Source of the DNA: a virus
Taxonomy: Duplodnaviria > Caudoviricetes
Reading direction: 5' to 3' (one strand)
DNA length: 64,000 nt
Virus record (IMG/VR): IMGVR_UViG_3300034062_005355
Part shown: positions 44,384 through 54,375 of the stretch, in pieces
Layout of the letters: every line of letters begins with the position of its first letter
How positions within the stretch are numbered: position 1 is the first letter of the stretch
Notes under the pieces: generated by a model
What the model saw: only the letters and a program-made list of their open reading frames with translations
Told to the model about the DNA's origin: nothing
Databases searched by the model: none
Program-made: the position numbers and the translations under genes

Positions 44384-45112
44384 ATGTATTACACAACAAC
44401 AAGCGTGGGCAAACCGACAGCTCACATCACAAAGAAAAAGTCGCGTCTTAAAGTCTACAACGGTAACACCGTTTTCCTTGGAGATAAGGATAATTTTGAA
44501 TTTGAAATTCATAACCCGACACAAAAATCAGTTCTCTGTAAAATTAAATTGAATGGTGAATACATCTCCACAGGTGGTGTTGTTATTAAACCAGGTCAAA
44601 GAGTGTTTTTAGAACGTTTCCTTGACACTAACAACAAGTTTGAGTTCAGTACCTACGAAGTAAAAGATACGTCGGCAAACAGGACGGCAATCGATTTAAA
44701 TGGGGACGTAAGGATTGAGTTCTATAATGAACAAACATATCAACCAAGTTATGGGTCAACATTATTTGTTGGTGGTAGTTTAAATACTACTATTAGTAGA
44801 GGTGTTCCCAATTATGGTGATATGACATTTACAACATCAACTTCCGCTCCAATGGCGTATTATTCTAACACGTTATCCGTTAGTAATAACATTGAAACGG
44901 GAAGAGTTGAAAAAGGTGAAAAATCAAAACAAGAATTTACTAATTCGTATCAAAATTTTGAATATAACGCATCTCGTCAAATTATTTTCAAGATATTACC
45001 ATTGGGGGTTAAAAATAAAACTACAGAAGATATTAAACACTATTGTACCGAGTGTGGTACCAAGACGAAATCAAAATATAAATTTTGTCCGTCTTGTGGA
45101 AATAAGTTATAA
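44384..45112 (+). CDS. protein with a C-terminal zinc ribbon
   Basis: CTECG...FCPSCG. Confidence 0.75.
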   Translation: MYYTTTSVGKPTAHITKKKSRLKVYNGNTVFLGDKDNFEFEIHNPTQKSVLCKIKLNGEYISTGGVVIKPGQRVFLERFLDTNNKFEFSTYEVKDTSANRTAIDLNGDVRIEFYNEQTYQPSYGSTLFVGGSLNTTISRGVPNYGDMTFTTSTSAPMAYYSNTLSVSNNIETGRVEKGEKSKQEFTNSYQNFEYNASRQIIFKILPLGVKNKTTEDIKHYCTECGTKTKSKYKFCPSCGNKL

Positions 45113-45115
45113 ATA

Positions 45116-45144
45116 AAAAGGAGTCCCGTGAGACTCCTTTTTTT
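45116..45144. terminator. bidirectional terminator
   Basis: AAAAGGAGTC-CCGTGA-GACTCCTTTT. Confidence 0.8.
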
Positions 45145-45349
45145 ATTTTAACGTTCTAAGTGATTTAGAAATAATTTCTGATTCAGTTAAAGAATACAAA
45201 CCATTTCTGTATGCCATTTGAACTGCTCTAATTAACATAAATTTTGATTGGTCTTCACTTAAATTATCAATCAAATTATCAATGTCTTCAGGTTTGTATA
45301 TTGCTACTTCTTCAAATAGATGTAAAATTGGTTGCTTCTGTTGTTCCAT
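45143..45349 (-). CDS. hypothetical protein
   Basis: ATG ORF convergent on the terminator. Confidence 0.65.
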   Translation of the reverse strand: MEQQKQPILHLFEEVAIYKPEDIDNLIDNLSEDQSKFMLIRAVQMAYRNGLYSLTESEIISKSLRTLK

Positions 45350-45382
45350 AATCTGTTATCCGTATATTTATAGTATAAGTAT

Positions 45383-46075
45383 ATGAAAAAAAATAGAATA
45401 AGTGAAGCAACTGGTTCATCAAATGCGGGAGCGTTTAAAGTACCAATAGTTTTATCTCCACAACCTTGGAAAGAAAATCAAATTGCGCCATTCACAGATT
45501 CTGTATATAATTACGATAATGCCGAATTAGCTTATCAAGAAGCTGATGGTGATTTTAAAGAAACTCCTGAAGAAAGATCAAGGATTGAAAAGAAAACGGA
45601 TATTATGGCTAAAGTTAATGAGTATTTAAAAAGTTTTTATACTGGTCAAAATGATGAGGATGGAGGTGTTCTTGGTGACATTGAAGACCCTGAAAAAATT
45701 ATACAACAAGCTGTGGGTCCACTAAAAGAAGATTTGGCTGTTTGGTTTGGAACAAAGAAAAAACCAAAAGGTAGTAAACAACCTAGTGGTCCTTGGGTTA
45801 ATATTTGTAGAAAAAAAGAAGGTGGTGGTCATCCACCGTGTGGTAGACCTGAGGCAGATTCTAAAGGTTATCCTAAATGTAGAGCCGCAGGTGTTGCTTC
45901 CAAAATGACAGACGCTCAAAAAAAATCAGCATGCTCTCAAAAAAGAAGAGAAGAGAAAAAAGACCCTAAAGTTGGTAAAGGTAATAAACCAACCATGGTC
46001 TCATACAAACCAAAAAATGAATCTTTAAGAGAAACTATCACAACAATACTTAACGAATACAAAAAATCTATTTAA
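45383..46075 (+). CDS. Cys/Lys-rich conserved phage protein
   Basis: WVNIC...PCGR...YPKCR motif. Confidence 0.7.
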   Translation: MKKNRISEATGSSNAGAFKVPIVLSPQPWKENQIAPFTDSVYNYDNAELAYQEADGDFKETPEERSRIEKKTDIMAKVNEYLKSFYTGQNDEDGGVLGDIEDPEKIIQQAVGPLKEDLAVWFGTKKKPKGSKQPSGPWVNICRKKEGGGHPPCGRPEADSKGYPKCRAAGVASKMTDAQKKSACSQKRREEKKDPKVGKGNKPTMVSYKPKNESLRETITTILNEYKKSI

Positions 46076-46397
46076 TAGAATCTGTTGTATTTTTTGTCGC
46101 TGAAATTACCGTATCTTTCTCAGTTAAAACTTTTGGTGATATTTTTGGTTTTATCACACTAATATTTTTAGGACTTTCGTTATTTTTAATGACAGGTCTG
46201 TCAATATAAACAGTATCGTGAATAATTTGTTTTTCAGGTTTAATCTCATGGGTGATAATTTCGATCTTATCATTTTTAAATTTCGGGGATACATAACGAT
46301 ATAGATTAATAAACACTAATGTTATTACTGAAATGGTTAAGGTTAGAACTATCAATCCCAAATAAAAAGTTTTATTGAATGAGTTATTATTTTTCAT
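46068..46397 (-). CDS. membrane-anchored protein
   Basis: N-terminal transmembrane segment. Confidence 0.65.
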   Translation of the reverse strand: MKNNNSFNKTFYLGLIVLTLTISVITLVFINLYRYVSPKFKNDKIEIITHEIKPEKQIIHDTVYIDRPVIKNNESPKNISVIKPKISPKVLTEKDTVISATKNTTDSIK

Positions 46398-46798
46398 TAA
46401 ATATTTTTTAAAATGTTTTGTAATGAGTGTTTTATGTTTGAAGTAATCTCTTTTTCAAATGATTCTCTACGTTTTTCAACCTCAGTGTCAAACACTAAAG
46501 TAATACTATTCCAAAGTTTTTGTTCTAAAAACACAGTATAGGAATATACATGATTAATAACTTTTACTGAACTATTCTCAAGAATTACGAATATTTGTAA
46601 TTCCTCATTTCTAATGTATCTTTTATTTGAAATTGGAGTTAATAAAAGCACTGTGTCTTCTTTTGATATTAATTTTTTACAAATTGCAATACAATCTCTT
46701 TCATATTCAGATTTTTCAACAGTTGGGGTTGAGTATCTGACTAATGAGATAAACCATTTTTGAACTAGTCGTCTTAATTTATGTAGATGTGAATTCAT
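46397..46798 (-). CDS. hypothetical protein
   Basis: Start reassigned to MNSHLHK to avoid overlap with the HNH gene. Confidence 0.6.
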   Translation of the reverse strand: MNSHLHKLRRLVQKWFISLVRYSTPTVEKSEYERDCIAICKKLISKEDTVLLLTPISNKRYIRNEELQIFVILENSSVKVINHVYSYTVFLEQKLWNSITLVFDTEVEKRRESFEKEITSNIKHSLQNILKNI

Positions 46799-46835
46799 TG
46801 TTGTTGGATTAATATAACACAACAAAGATAGTAAA

Positions 46836-47324
46836 TTACTTCTCATTAAACAATAACAATAAAAAATTTTTCCATGTCTCAACGTCATTTTCATTTCTAC
46901 CTATATTTGCAGAATAACAAGTTAAAACTACATTATTTTTTGTATACCCTTTATTTCTATCTATTCTGTCTAATGATGGTTGTTGTGGATGTTTTGAACA
47001 ATTTGAGGGTATTAATGGGACATTAAACCAATAACATAGTCCATTTTGTTTTTCATACATTTCATTAATATCTTTAACAGTTAAAGTATGTTCTTCATTT
47101 CTTTTACTATCGTTTATTAATGTATTTTGCCATAATCTAACTCGTCTTTCTTTTTGTTTAATCCCTTCAGATTTTCTGAAATCTAAATTTTTTCTTTTTT
47201 CTCTTTTATATTCTCTAGTTATGTTTAAAGTACATTCTTTACATTTTAATGCTCTTTGTGATTTATAAAAATCTTCCTCAGTTTTTGTTTCTCCGCAAAT
47301 TTTACATGTTTTTTGTATTCCCAT
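46836..47324 (-). CDS. HNH-type endonuclease with N-terminal Zn finger
   Basis: CKIC..CKEC; SLDRIDRNKGYTKNNVVLTCYSAN. ATG 3 nt after TATTTATA. Confidence 0.8.
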   Translation of the reverse strand: MGIQKTCKICGETKTEEDFYKSQRALKCKECTLNITREYKREKRKNLDFRKSEGIKQKERRVRLWQNTLINDSKRNEEHTLTVKDINEMYEKQNGLCYWFNVPLIPSNCSKHPQQPSLDRIDRNKGYTKNNVVLTCYSANIGRNENDVETWKNFLLLLFNEK

Positions 47325-47392
47325 AGATATAAATATATGGATATAATTAAAGTGCATAAAAAAAGGTTAAATATTTAACCTTTTTTTATGTA

Positions 47393-47860
47393 TTAACAAT
47401 AAGCTCCTGAACAATGTTTTTTACCGTCCAACCCTTTAATTTTTCCTTTACAAACTTGAACGGCGTGACCATTACTATATGCACTAGGGTAGACATCGTA
47501 CTTAGCCTTTGCGGACGCTTTACCTCTAGCACATAAAGGTGTACCTGTTTTTTTTCTACCTTCAGTCATTTCTTCATAATCCACATATTGTGATTCCTTA
47601 TCCATTTCATTTTTTAAGAAATCAAATACTTGGTCCATATTTGTTTTTGCTTCTGAGATGTGGTCATCAGCCCAATCATGACCATTTTGAATAATATCAT
47701 CAATCATGTTAGGGTCCATTTCCATAATCATTTCAATTTGTCTTTTCATTTGCTTTAAATTAGAAAAGAACATATAGTTTGCATTTTCAACTTCTTGTTC
47801 AGATAATACTCTTGTAACTAATCTTGTGATATCTGATTCTGTTAATTTAACTGTTTTCAT
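47393..47860 (-). CDS. protein with a DUF5872-like C-terminus
   Basis: AKAKYDVYPSAYSNG motif; LTE/LSE N-terminal motif. Confidence 0.55.
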   Translation of the reverse strand: MKTVKLTESDITRLVTRVLSEQEVENANYMFFSNLKQMKRQIEMIMEMDPNMIDDIIQNGHDWADDHISEAKTNMDQVFDFLKNEMDKESQYVDYEEMTEGRKKTGTPLCARGKASAKAKYDVYPSAYSNGHAVQVCKGKIKGLDGKKHCSGAYC

Positions 47861-49380
47861 TATATTGTAGGATAATTTTGTTTTTTATTTACTATGTTAA
47901 AGGTTAATTGTTTCTTATAAGTATCTTTCTCACCAGAAGTATTCACTTGAATATCAACATAATATTGATTAGGTATTTTATCTCTCATATCAAATATAAA
48001 GTAATACTCGTTTGGTGTTCTATTAATTGGAGTCCAATCTTGAACTAATACTTCAGTTGTTCCTTCTCTAACATAAACTCTATAGAATGCTGAAATATCT
48101 TGTAATAAAACTTGACCAGTGTATGCCTTTTTAATTGTAACCCCAACTTTTCTGATATCTGAATTTAGTATTTTTTCATCTTGTAATATACCGTAAAAAT
48201 TAAATCCATATATCTCAGGTTCTTTTGAAGTTGAACCTATGTGAATGCCAGCACTATACTGTTGTAATGTAAATTGATTTGTAACATTTGGTAATGGCTG
48301 TCCATTAATTGTTAAACCTGACCATATATCGTAATATTGACATGGTGTTGGTGAACCTGAAAACCCATTTGGAACGATTACCTCATAGATTCCCTTTGTT
48401 CTTAAACAAGTTGATAATGTTGCCATACCCGCAACCGCATCACCGTTTCGGTCTTCAATTCTAACAACAGGGTTTGAATCTAAGTTTTTATAGTCACCAT
48501 TTTGATAAACATACAAATAGAGTTTGTTTTCTTGACTCTTCAAAAATAAAGTTCTATTGTCTTTAATTAAATCGTCATATGTTGTTTGAAGGAATGGTTG
48601 ATAAAATGTTTGAGTATGTCTTGAAAAGAATGCAACACTATAACTGTCAGTTAAACCTGTAATGTTTTCAATTTGTGGTAGATATGCAACACCCCAACCT
48701 GTAACTCCAGTTATTGTACCATTTAATATACCATTTATTTCATTGGTCATGTCCATGTTAATATTTTCATTTCCAAGTTCAAAATGTTGTCTTGCAACAA
48801 TAGTCAGACCTGAGAAATTTACGGAACCTTCATTTTTGTTATCATATACACCTGGTTGAGACCAAGTGTCAAGAGTAGTAGTTTGGTACCAATTTGATGG
48901 TCGAGTTGAGAACGCTCTACTATCAACATAAGTAATTGGTGTAGAACCACCATTAGGACTATTTTGATTAAGATTAGAATCGTTATAATCAAATCCAACA
49001 CCTTCATCCCAATCTTGTGGGTTTCCTGTACTACCTGATGTTTTTGGTATTCTAAATAATATTAAATCAAATGAAGTTGCTCTTCTTCTTTCATTTGACA
49101 TGAATGTGTTTAACAGTTCATTATCAAATGATGACGTATTTGTCATACTAAGAACGTGAGTCATTCCTGTTGTACATCCTGTTGATATTACGCCTGACGT
49201 AATGTTTTCCCTCAATAATTCTAAATCCAAATTAAATAGTAATCTACTATAACCATAATTTGGAACAATGAAATCAGATGAACCAAAATTTAACTCAATA
49301 ATGGGGTTTCTACCAGTATTGACGTATGAGTTTGATTGAATGGTATTATTCTTATCTACGTATGACCTTAAAATTGACAT
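47860..49380 (-). CDS. putative virion structural protein
   Basis: Beta-rich composition; TATTTATA upstream; adjacent to the baseplate-like gene. Confidence 0.6.
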   Translation of the reverse strand: MSILRSYVDKNNTIQSNSYVNTGRNPIIELNFGSSDFIVPNYGYSRLLFNLDLELLRENITSGVISTGCTTGMTHVLSMTNTSSFDNELLNTFMSNERRRATSFDLILFRIPKTSGSTGNPQDWDEGVGFDYNDSNLNQNSPNGGSTPITYVDSRAFSTRPSNWYQTTTLDTWSQPGVYDNKNEGSVNFSGLTIVARQHFELGNENINMDMTNEINGILNGTITGVTGWGVAYLPQIENITGLTDSYSVAFFSRHTQTFYQPFLQTTYDDLIKDNRTLFLKSQENKLYLYVYQNGDYKNLDSNPVVRIEDRNGDAVAGMATLSTCLRTKGIYEVIVPNGFSGSPTPCQYYDIWSGLTINGQPLPNVTNQFTLQQYSAGIHIGSTSKEPEIYGFNFYGILQDEKILNSDIRKVGVTIKKAYTGQVLLQDISAFYRVYVREGTTEVLVQDWTPINRTPNEYYFIFDMRDKIPNQYYVDIQVNTSGEKDTYKKQLTFNIVNKKQNYPTI

Positions 49381-49399
49381 TAATTTTTATTTATAAATA

Positions 49400-50938
49400 T
49401 CAATTAAGTCGGATATTGTTATTAAGAATTTTTGTATACGCATTTTGAAGTTCAGTTAACATATCTGGAATGTTTGACCCATCTTGAGTTACCGATACTG
49501 GAGGTAATCCTGGATACGCGTGAGTGTGTGTGGTTAAGAATCTAACAATCATATTAATTAACTCTAATAACTCTTCACCTCTAACTAAACTTGAAGTTTT
49601 TGGGGTTATTTCGTCAACAAATTGATCTAACGAAATACCATATAATGTATTATCAAAATTAATCTTACCTTTTCCAGGTATTGATGAGTTATGGGATAAC
49701 AAGAATAAATAATCACTAGCTATTGCACCATAAGTTGTTGGGTCCGCATAATATGCTGATTGAGGTACGGTAGTTGATGTTGTATTTAATGGAGTACCAA
49801 CCATATCTTTGGCGTAAATTAAACCATAACCACCAACCCTAAGTGCTGGTTTTAATTTTATTTGGTTGTAAATATCGGTTACGTTTTTTATTGACGCATC
49901 TGAATTTTCGGTTGTACCTGAAGTAGGTACAGATGATTTCATGATTGAGTAAGTTAAATTATTTGGTCTATAAAAAATTGGAAACTTATTGTTAGAATCT
50001 GTGAATAATTGAATTCCTGATTTTGTAACATTTGAATTATTACAAGTTTGAATAAAATTATTAATAAATGCTATAACTTCAGTTTTAGATAATAAACTAA
50101 ATGATTCTGAGGCAATTAATGATTTTAAATTTTCTTTTACAACAGTATCGACTGTTAAGTTTTTAGAATTTGTAGATAAATCACTTTTTAATTTATACAG
50201 ATAAACAGCACCTGCAAATTTTTCTTGAGTATTTTCAGGATTAGTTATAACCCATTCAATTAAATAATTAACTTGAACCACAACTTCATTAAGTTGAGTT
50301 ATTATTTTATCAGGTTGTTTTTGTTTTCTTAATCCAAATCTTGATAGTTGTAAAAATCCTCTTTTAGGGTTACCTACTGGTGGTATATTTGGTTCAAGAG
50401 ATGAACCCCTAAATTTACCCGCCCTTAATAATACTTCATCTTGTTTTATAATTAAATCGGCACTACCACGGCCTAAAATACCATTATCCCCTGGTTCAGG
50501 GAATACTCCTCTGTGAACCGCTTGGTCTGTAAAAGTACCGTCTTGATTTTTTAATGGTTTTGGTGCGGTTAATTGACTACCTGTTCCTGTAAATTTATTT
50601 CCACCAACATAGTACTCAAACTTTGTTGTTGTCGGACTTGAAAAAGTACTTTGTATGTAATATTGATTTAAAAATTTAAAATCTTTATTAACATAAATTA
50701 TCTGTGTTAATTCATCTATTAACGGAACTTGATACATAAAATACGGCATCAAAGGATTAAATACAAATGGGTCTCTTGCTGTCCATTTATCTTTTTCTTC
50801 GTTCCATATTGGGTCATTAATACTTTTTATAATATCATTGTAGTTGTCAATTAGTAACTTGGCTCTAATACGGCCCAACATCATCGGGTCTACATTATCA
50901 ATTACTTGAGCTTGAAAAAATATTGAGTTATCTTCCAT
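49400..50938 (-). CDS. baseplate hub/spike (gp5/VgrG-like N-terminal OB fold)
   Basis: AQVIDNVDPMMLGRIRAK N-terminus; LVRGEELLEL...THTH C-terminus. Confidence 0.65.
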   Translation of the reverse strand: MEDNSIFFQAQVIDNVDPMMLGRIRAKLLIDNYNDIIKSINDPIWNEEKDKWTARDPFVFNPLMPYFMYQVPLIDELTQIIYVNKDFKFLNQYYIQSTFSSPTTTKFEYYVGGNKFTGTGSQLTAPKPLKNQDGTFTDQAVHRGVFPEPGDNGILGRGSADLIIKQDEVLLRAGKFRGSSLEPNIPPVGNPKRGFLQLSRFGLRKQKQPDKIITQLNEVVVQVNYLIEWVITNPENTQEKFAGAVYLYKLKSDLSTNSKNLTVDTVVKENLKSLIASESFSLLSKTEVIAFINNFIQTCNNSNVTKSGIQLFTDSNNKFPIFYRPNNLTYSIMKSSVPTSGTTENSDASIKNVTDIYNQIKLKPALRVGGYGLIYAKDMVGTPLNTTSTTVPQSAYYADPTTYGAIASDYLFLLSHNSSIPGKGKINFDNTLYGISLDQFVDEITPKTSSLVRGEELLELINMIVRFLTTHTHAYPGLPPVSVTQDGSNIPDMLTELQNAYTKILNNNIRLN

Positions 50939-51140
50939 TGGTTCTTGATTGATATTCGTCTAATATTTTATTGTATAATTCTTCAACATTATCCAAATAA
51001 ACGGTTAAATTAATTATGTTATTTTTAGTTAATTCAAAATCTGTGGTTAATTTATCCATATCATCAATTAACTTACTATTAGGGACATTTTTTATATCAC
51101 CTAAATCTTTTAGTATTTCGTCAAATTCTTCTTTTTTCAT
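50928..51140 (-). CDS. small helical hypothetical protein
   Basis: Operon arrangement. Confidence 0.65.
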   Translation of the reverse strand: MKKEEFDEILKDLGDIKNVPNSKLIDDMDKLTTDFELTKNNIINLTVYLDNVEELYNKILDEYQSRTNGR

Positions 51141-53236
51141 TATCTATTTTTTACAAAAACTCTAAATATACCAGGACCTGTAGTTATTACAACACCTTCT
51201 CCTTTACTGTTTTCTGCGGCTTCTTTATCCGCACCTTTATGTGTCATTAAATTATAAATACCCATTAAATTTGGTGAACCATCAGGTAAAGTTCCTGTTG
51301 GAATACCAACCGACTGTAATAATTCAATTGTATTTATTGTCGATCTTTCAGGTGAAGTACCTGGTAAGAATTGTGTTAATAATAGTAAGGGCATTGGAAT
51401 TGAACCATCTGACCTACCAAATATTGTTTTTAACAATAATAATATATCAGTTATTAATGACTTACATTTTCTATAATCGTCGACTAATTGAGCTAATATT
51501 AAAAGAATATTAACTAATCTTAATATTATTGCGTATTTTTTTAATCTCGCAGATTTTGAGATATCTGCAATTACTGAAGTAACAAGATTTAAAATATCTC
51601 TTTTTAAAATATCATACAAAGTTTTTAAAAAAATCGCACCTATTTTAGAAATAACTTCAATATTAAAACTTCTAAACGCAACCAAAAAATCTGTTGAATT
51701 ATTAACAATATTATTAACGCCACCAAGTGATGTATTACCTGATTGAACTATGTTATTCGCCGAAGTTATATTTTGATTATAGTTGTTTTTAGCGTCACCC
51801 TCAACAACCTGTAATAAAGTAAAAATTGGTAATAACACTTTTGGACTAAGTATAGATGATGCAACCGCCAAAGGTATTTGATTTAATATTTCTTTATTTA
51901 CCGCAACCTCTAAATTAAAGTTTGTTGGTAAAAAGGCTTGCCAATCAGGGTTTTGATATATGGTATCTAAAATACTACTCATAGCATTTACCTGTCCATC
52001 TAAATTTAATGTGTCTGATACATCTCTAAATCTACCCAATTCATCGATTAATGTCTCATAATCAACAGGTAATTTAACGTTTTCACAATCTTCAAATTCC
52101 ATAACACCATTTTGAATGTTAGAGATCCTTATATCTATAGTTCTTAAATCAACTTCAGTTAATTCAAAGAAACTATCATCAACACCATCTAATTCCGCGA
52201 CTTTTGAAATGCCACTAACATCTATTTCTCTTCTACTATCAAAACAAAGACCTAAAATCCTTTGAATAATTAATGAAAATTTAGTACCTTGTGATATTTC
52301 TTGAGCACTTAAATTAGAATTAATGCTTATAGCTCCCGAAATAATATTCACTAAAGATTCCGCAACATCAACACTATCTATTAATTTTATCGTGGAATAA
52401 TAATCTTTTAAAAACTCACCTACTTTATTTACAGGCTCACCTTCCGTTACACCAGCAGTTGTTAAACTGTTCGCTGGTTTATTAATTAGAGCCACTCTGT
52501 AACAATCTTGATTAACACCATACTGATTTGTTGGAGAATAAGCAAAATCAAATAAATCTAATCCAGAAGTTCCTTGGTAATATTTACCATATTCTTGGTA
52601 GTATGAACGATTTAAATTTGAGTCCTCCATTCTAAGATTTAATTCCTTATTCATCGGGTATGGTAATGGACCTGAATAAGGTCTAAAAACACCAGATGTA
52701 ACATTAGGTTCTGGCTTTTCATACGAAATTTTACCTAACTTACTATCGACAGGTGTTTTTAATAATGAACCTAAATCTATAGATTGTACGGGTACATATA
52801 TCCCTTCACCCGCAGGAAGTGTAGTTAGGGGATTTACCTGTAAATTTAGTTTATCGTAACCATTAAATGTTTGTTCTTGAGAGCAACCTAATGCCTTTAT
52901 TGCTGCATCACCGATTATTTGTTGAATTTGAGGCTCTATCTTTACAACGACTTCTAAAAGTTTTCTTTTTAAATAAACAAGAGAACTCAATCCGCTACCA
53001 TTTGTAATATTAATTAATTCTAAAAGTTGGTTAAAAGAAGTTGGTTGGTCCCTTAAATATCTTTTTTGTTGATTTGATATCTTATCTAAAGATGTGTTTA
53101 AGCTTGCGGTAGATTGTGCAAATGAATTTCCTGCAGAACGTTTTAATTGTTTTTCTCCAGCAGAAATCTCCTTATAAGTTTTGATTGAGTTTATTTGGCT
53201 TTTAGCACTATCAAAACTCTGATTTAAATCCGCCAT
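51140..53236 (-). CDS. large hypothetical protein, probably structural
   Basis: 698-aa ORF in a late operon. Confidence 0.7.
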   Translation of the reverse strand: MADLNQSFDSAKSQINSIKTYKEISAGEKQLKRSAGNSFAQSTASLNTSLDKISNQQKRYLRDQPTSFNQLLELINITNGSGLSSLVYLKRKLLEVVVKIEPQIQQIIGDAAIKALGCSQEQTFNGYDKLNLQVNPLTTLPAGEGIYVPVQSIDLGSLLKTPVDSKLGKISYEKPEPNVTSGVFRPYSGPLPYPMNKELNLRMEDSNLNRSYYQEYGKYYQGTSGLDLFDFAYSPTNQYGVNQDCYRVALINKPANSLTTAGVTEGEPVNKVGEFLKDYYSTIKLIDSVDVAESLVNIISGAISINSNLSAQEISQGTKFSLIIQRILGLCFDSRREIDVSGISKVAELDGVDDSFFELTEVDLRTIDIRISNIQNGVMEFEDCENVKLPVDYETLIDELGRFRDVSDTLNLDGQVNAMSSILDTIYQNPDWQAFLPTNFNLEVAVNKEILNQIPLAVASSILSPKVLLPIFTLLQVVEGDAKNNYNQNITSANNIVQSGNTSLGGVNNIVNNSTDFLVAFRSFNIEVISKIGAIFLKTLYDILKRDILNLVTSVIADISKSARLKKYAIILRLVNILLILAQLVDDYRKCKSLITDILLLLKTIFGRSDGSIPMPLLLLTQFLPGTSPERSTINTIELLQSVGIPTGTLPDGSPNLMGIYNLMTHKGADKEAAENSKGEGVVITTGPGIFRVFVKNR

Positions 53237-53241
53237 TATTA

Positions 53242-53610
53242 TTACCTCATTTTATAAGTTTCTTCATCATTAGAAACATCCTTATCAATTAAATTTTGAA
53301 TAAGGTCATCATCTAAATCTGCAAGAGAAAACGATTCGTTATTGTTGTTATTAGATTTTTCCCAAATACTTGATTGTAATTTAGATAGACTAATTTTTTT
53401 CTCAACGCAATCATTTACAATTTTTTGTTGTTTTTCAATTACTGGACCAATAGTCATCATGTCATTAGGGTCTTTTAACATTGAAAGCATTTTATTTTGA
53501 ATCCTAATTGCAGTTTGTCTTTGTTCTACAAGTTCATTATAGATTTCTTGCATTAAAGACAATATTGAATCTTTACTAAAATTAATTTCTTTACGTTGTG
53601 GTCTAGGCAT
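53242..53610 (-). CDS. coiled-coil hypothetical protein
   Basis: ATG 3 nt after TATTTATA. Confidence 0.7.
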   Translation of the reverse strand: MPRPQRKEINFSKDSILSLMQEIYNELVEQRQTAIRIQNKMLSMLKDPNDMMTIGPVIEKQQKIVNDCVEKKISLSKLQSSIWEKSNNNNNESFSLADLDDDLIQNLIDKDVSNDEETYKMR

Positions 53611-53625
53611 ATCTATAAATACTTT

Positions 53626-54375
53626 TTAATCGGTTTTCATTTTACTTTGAATGAAAATATACAACTTTTTGAATCTTTTCATTGAGCTACGAATTTCTTT
53701 TGTACTTAAATTTGTCATTTCTCTTAAAGACAAAAGAATAATATTTTTATTAAACTTATTATTATTAGCACCTGAGAATATGGATTCGTAATTATCGAAT
53801 AAATCAATTAATGCGTATCCTAATTTTTTTTCATTATCATTTAAATTTTCCCCCTCAATAAAATCCTTTAATTCTTTTAGATATTCTGTAATTATAATAC
53901 TAGTGTCAACTACGTCGTCATCAATACGATACATCATATCAGGTCTTTCCTCAATACTTTCTGACATATCCTCATAAGAAACTTTTCTGTTAGTTTCTTT
54001 TTGGTCTTTTATTATTTGACCCATTAAGTAATTTTTACAAATAGTTCCAAAATAAGAATATGCTTTTTTTTCCTTTGAAGGTTTAAATTTGTCAACCTTG
54101 GTCATTAAGAATGAATGAGTATCACAATGGATTTCAGTAAAATCCATATCTTTACGATATAACTTATATCGTCTAATAATAGATGATATCATCTTATCTA
54201 AAGGACCTCTTAAGAATTCGTTATATATTTTGTTCTTCTCTTCTGAAGTTTCTGCCAATAAAAAATTTCTTACTGCGGTCTCTTCTCTAACATCAAAATA
54301 ATTTATATTTACCGTTTTCCTACCCCTTTTTTTAGATGAAACATCTTCTGTTGTTGCAGATAGAGTTTCTTGCAT
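53626..54375 (-). CDS. phage sigma-factor-like protein (late, gp55-like)
   Basis: Region-2-like KFKPSKEKKAYSYFGTICKNYL. Confidence 0.7.
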   Translation of the reverse strand: MQETLSATTEDVSSKKRGRKTVNINYFDVREETAVRNFLLAETSEEKNKIYNEFLRGPLDKMISSIIRRYKLYRKDMDFTEIHCDTHSFLMTKVDKFKPSKEKKAYSYFGTICKNYLMGQIIKDQKETNRKVSYEDMSESIEERPDMMYRIDDDVVDTSIIITEYLKELKDFIEGENLNDNEKKLGYALIDLFDNYESIFSGANNNKFNKNIILLSLREMTNLSTKEIRSSMKRFKKLYIFIQSKMKTD

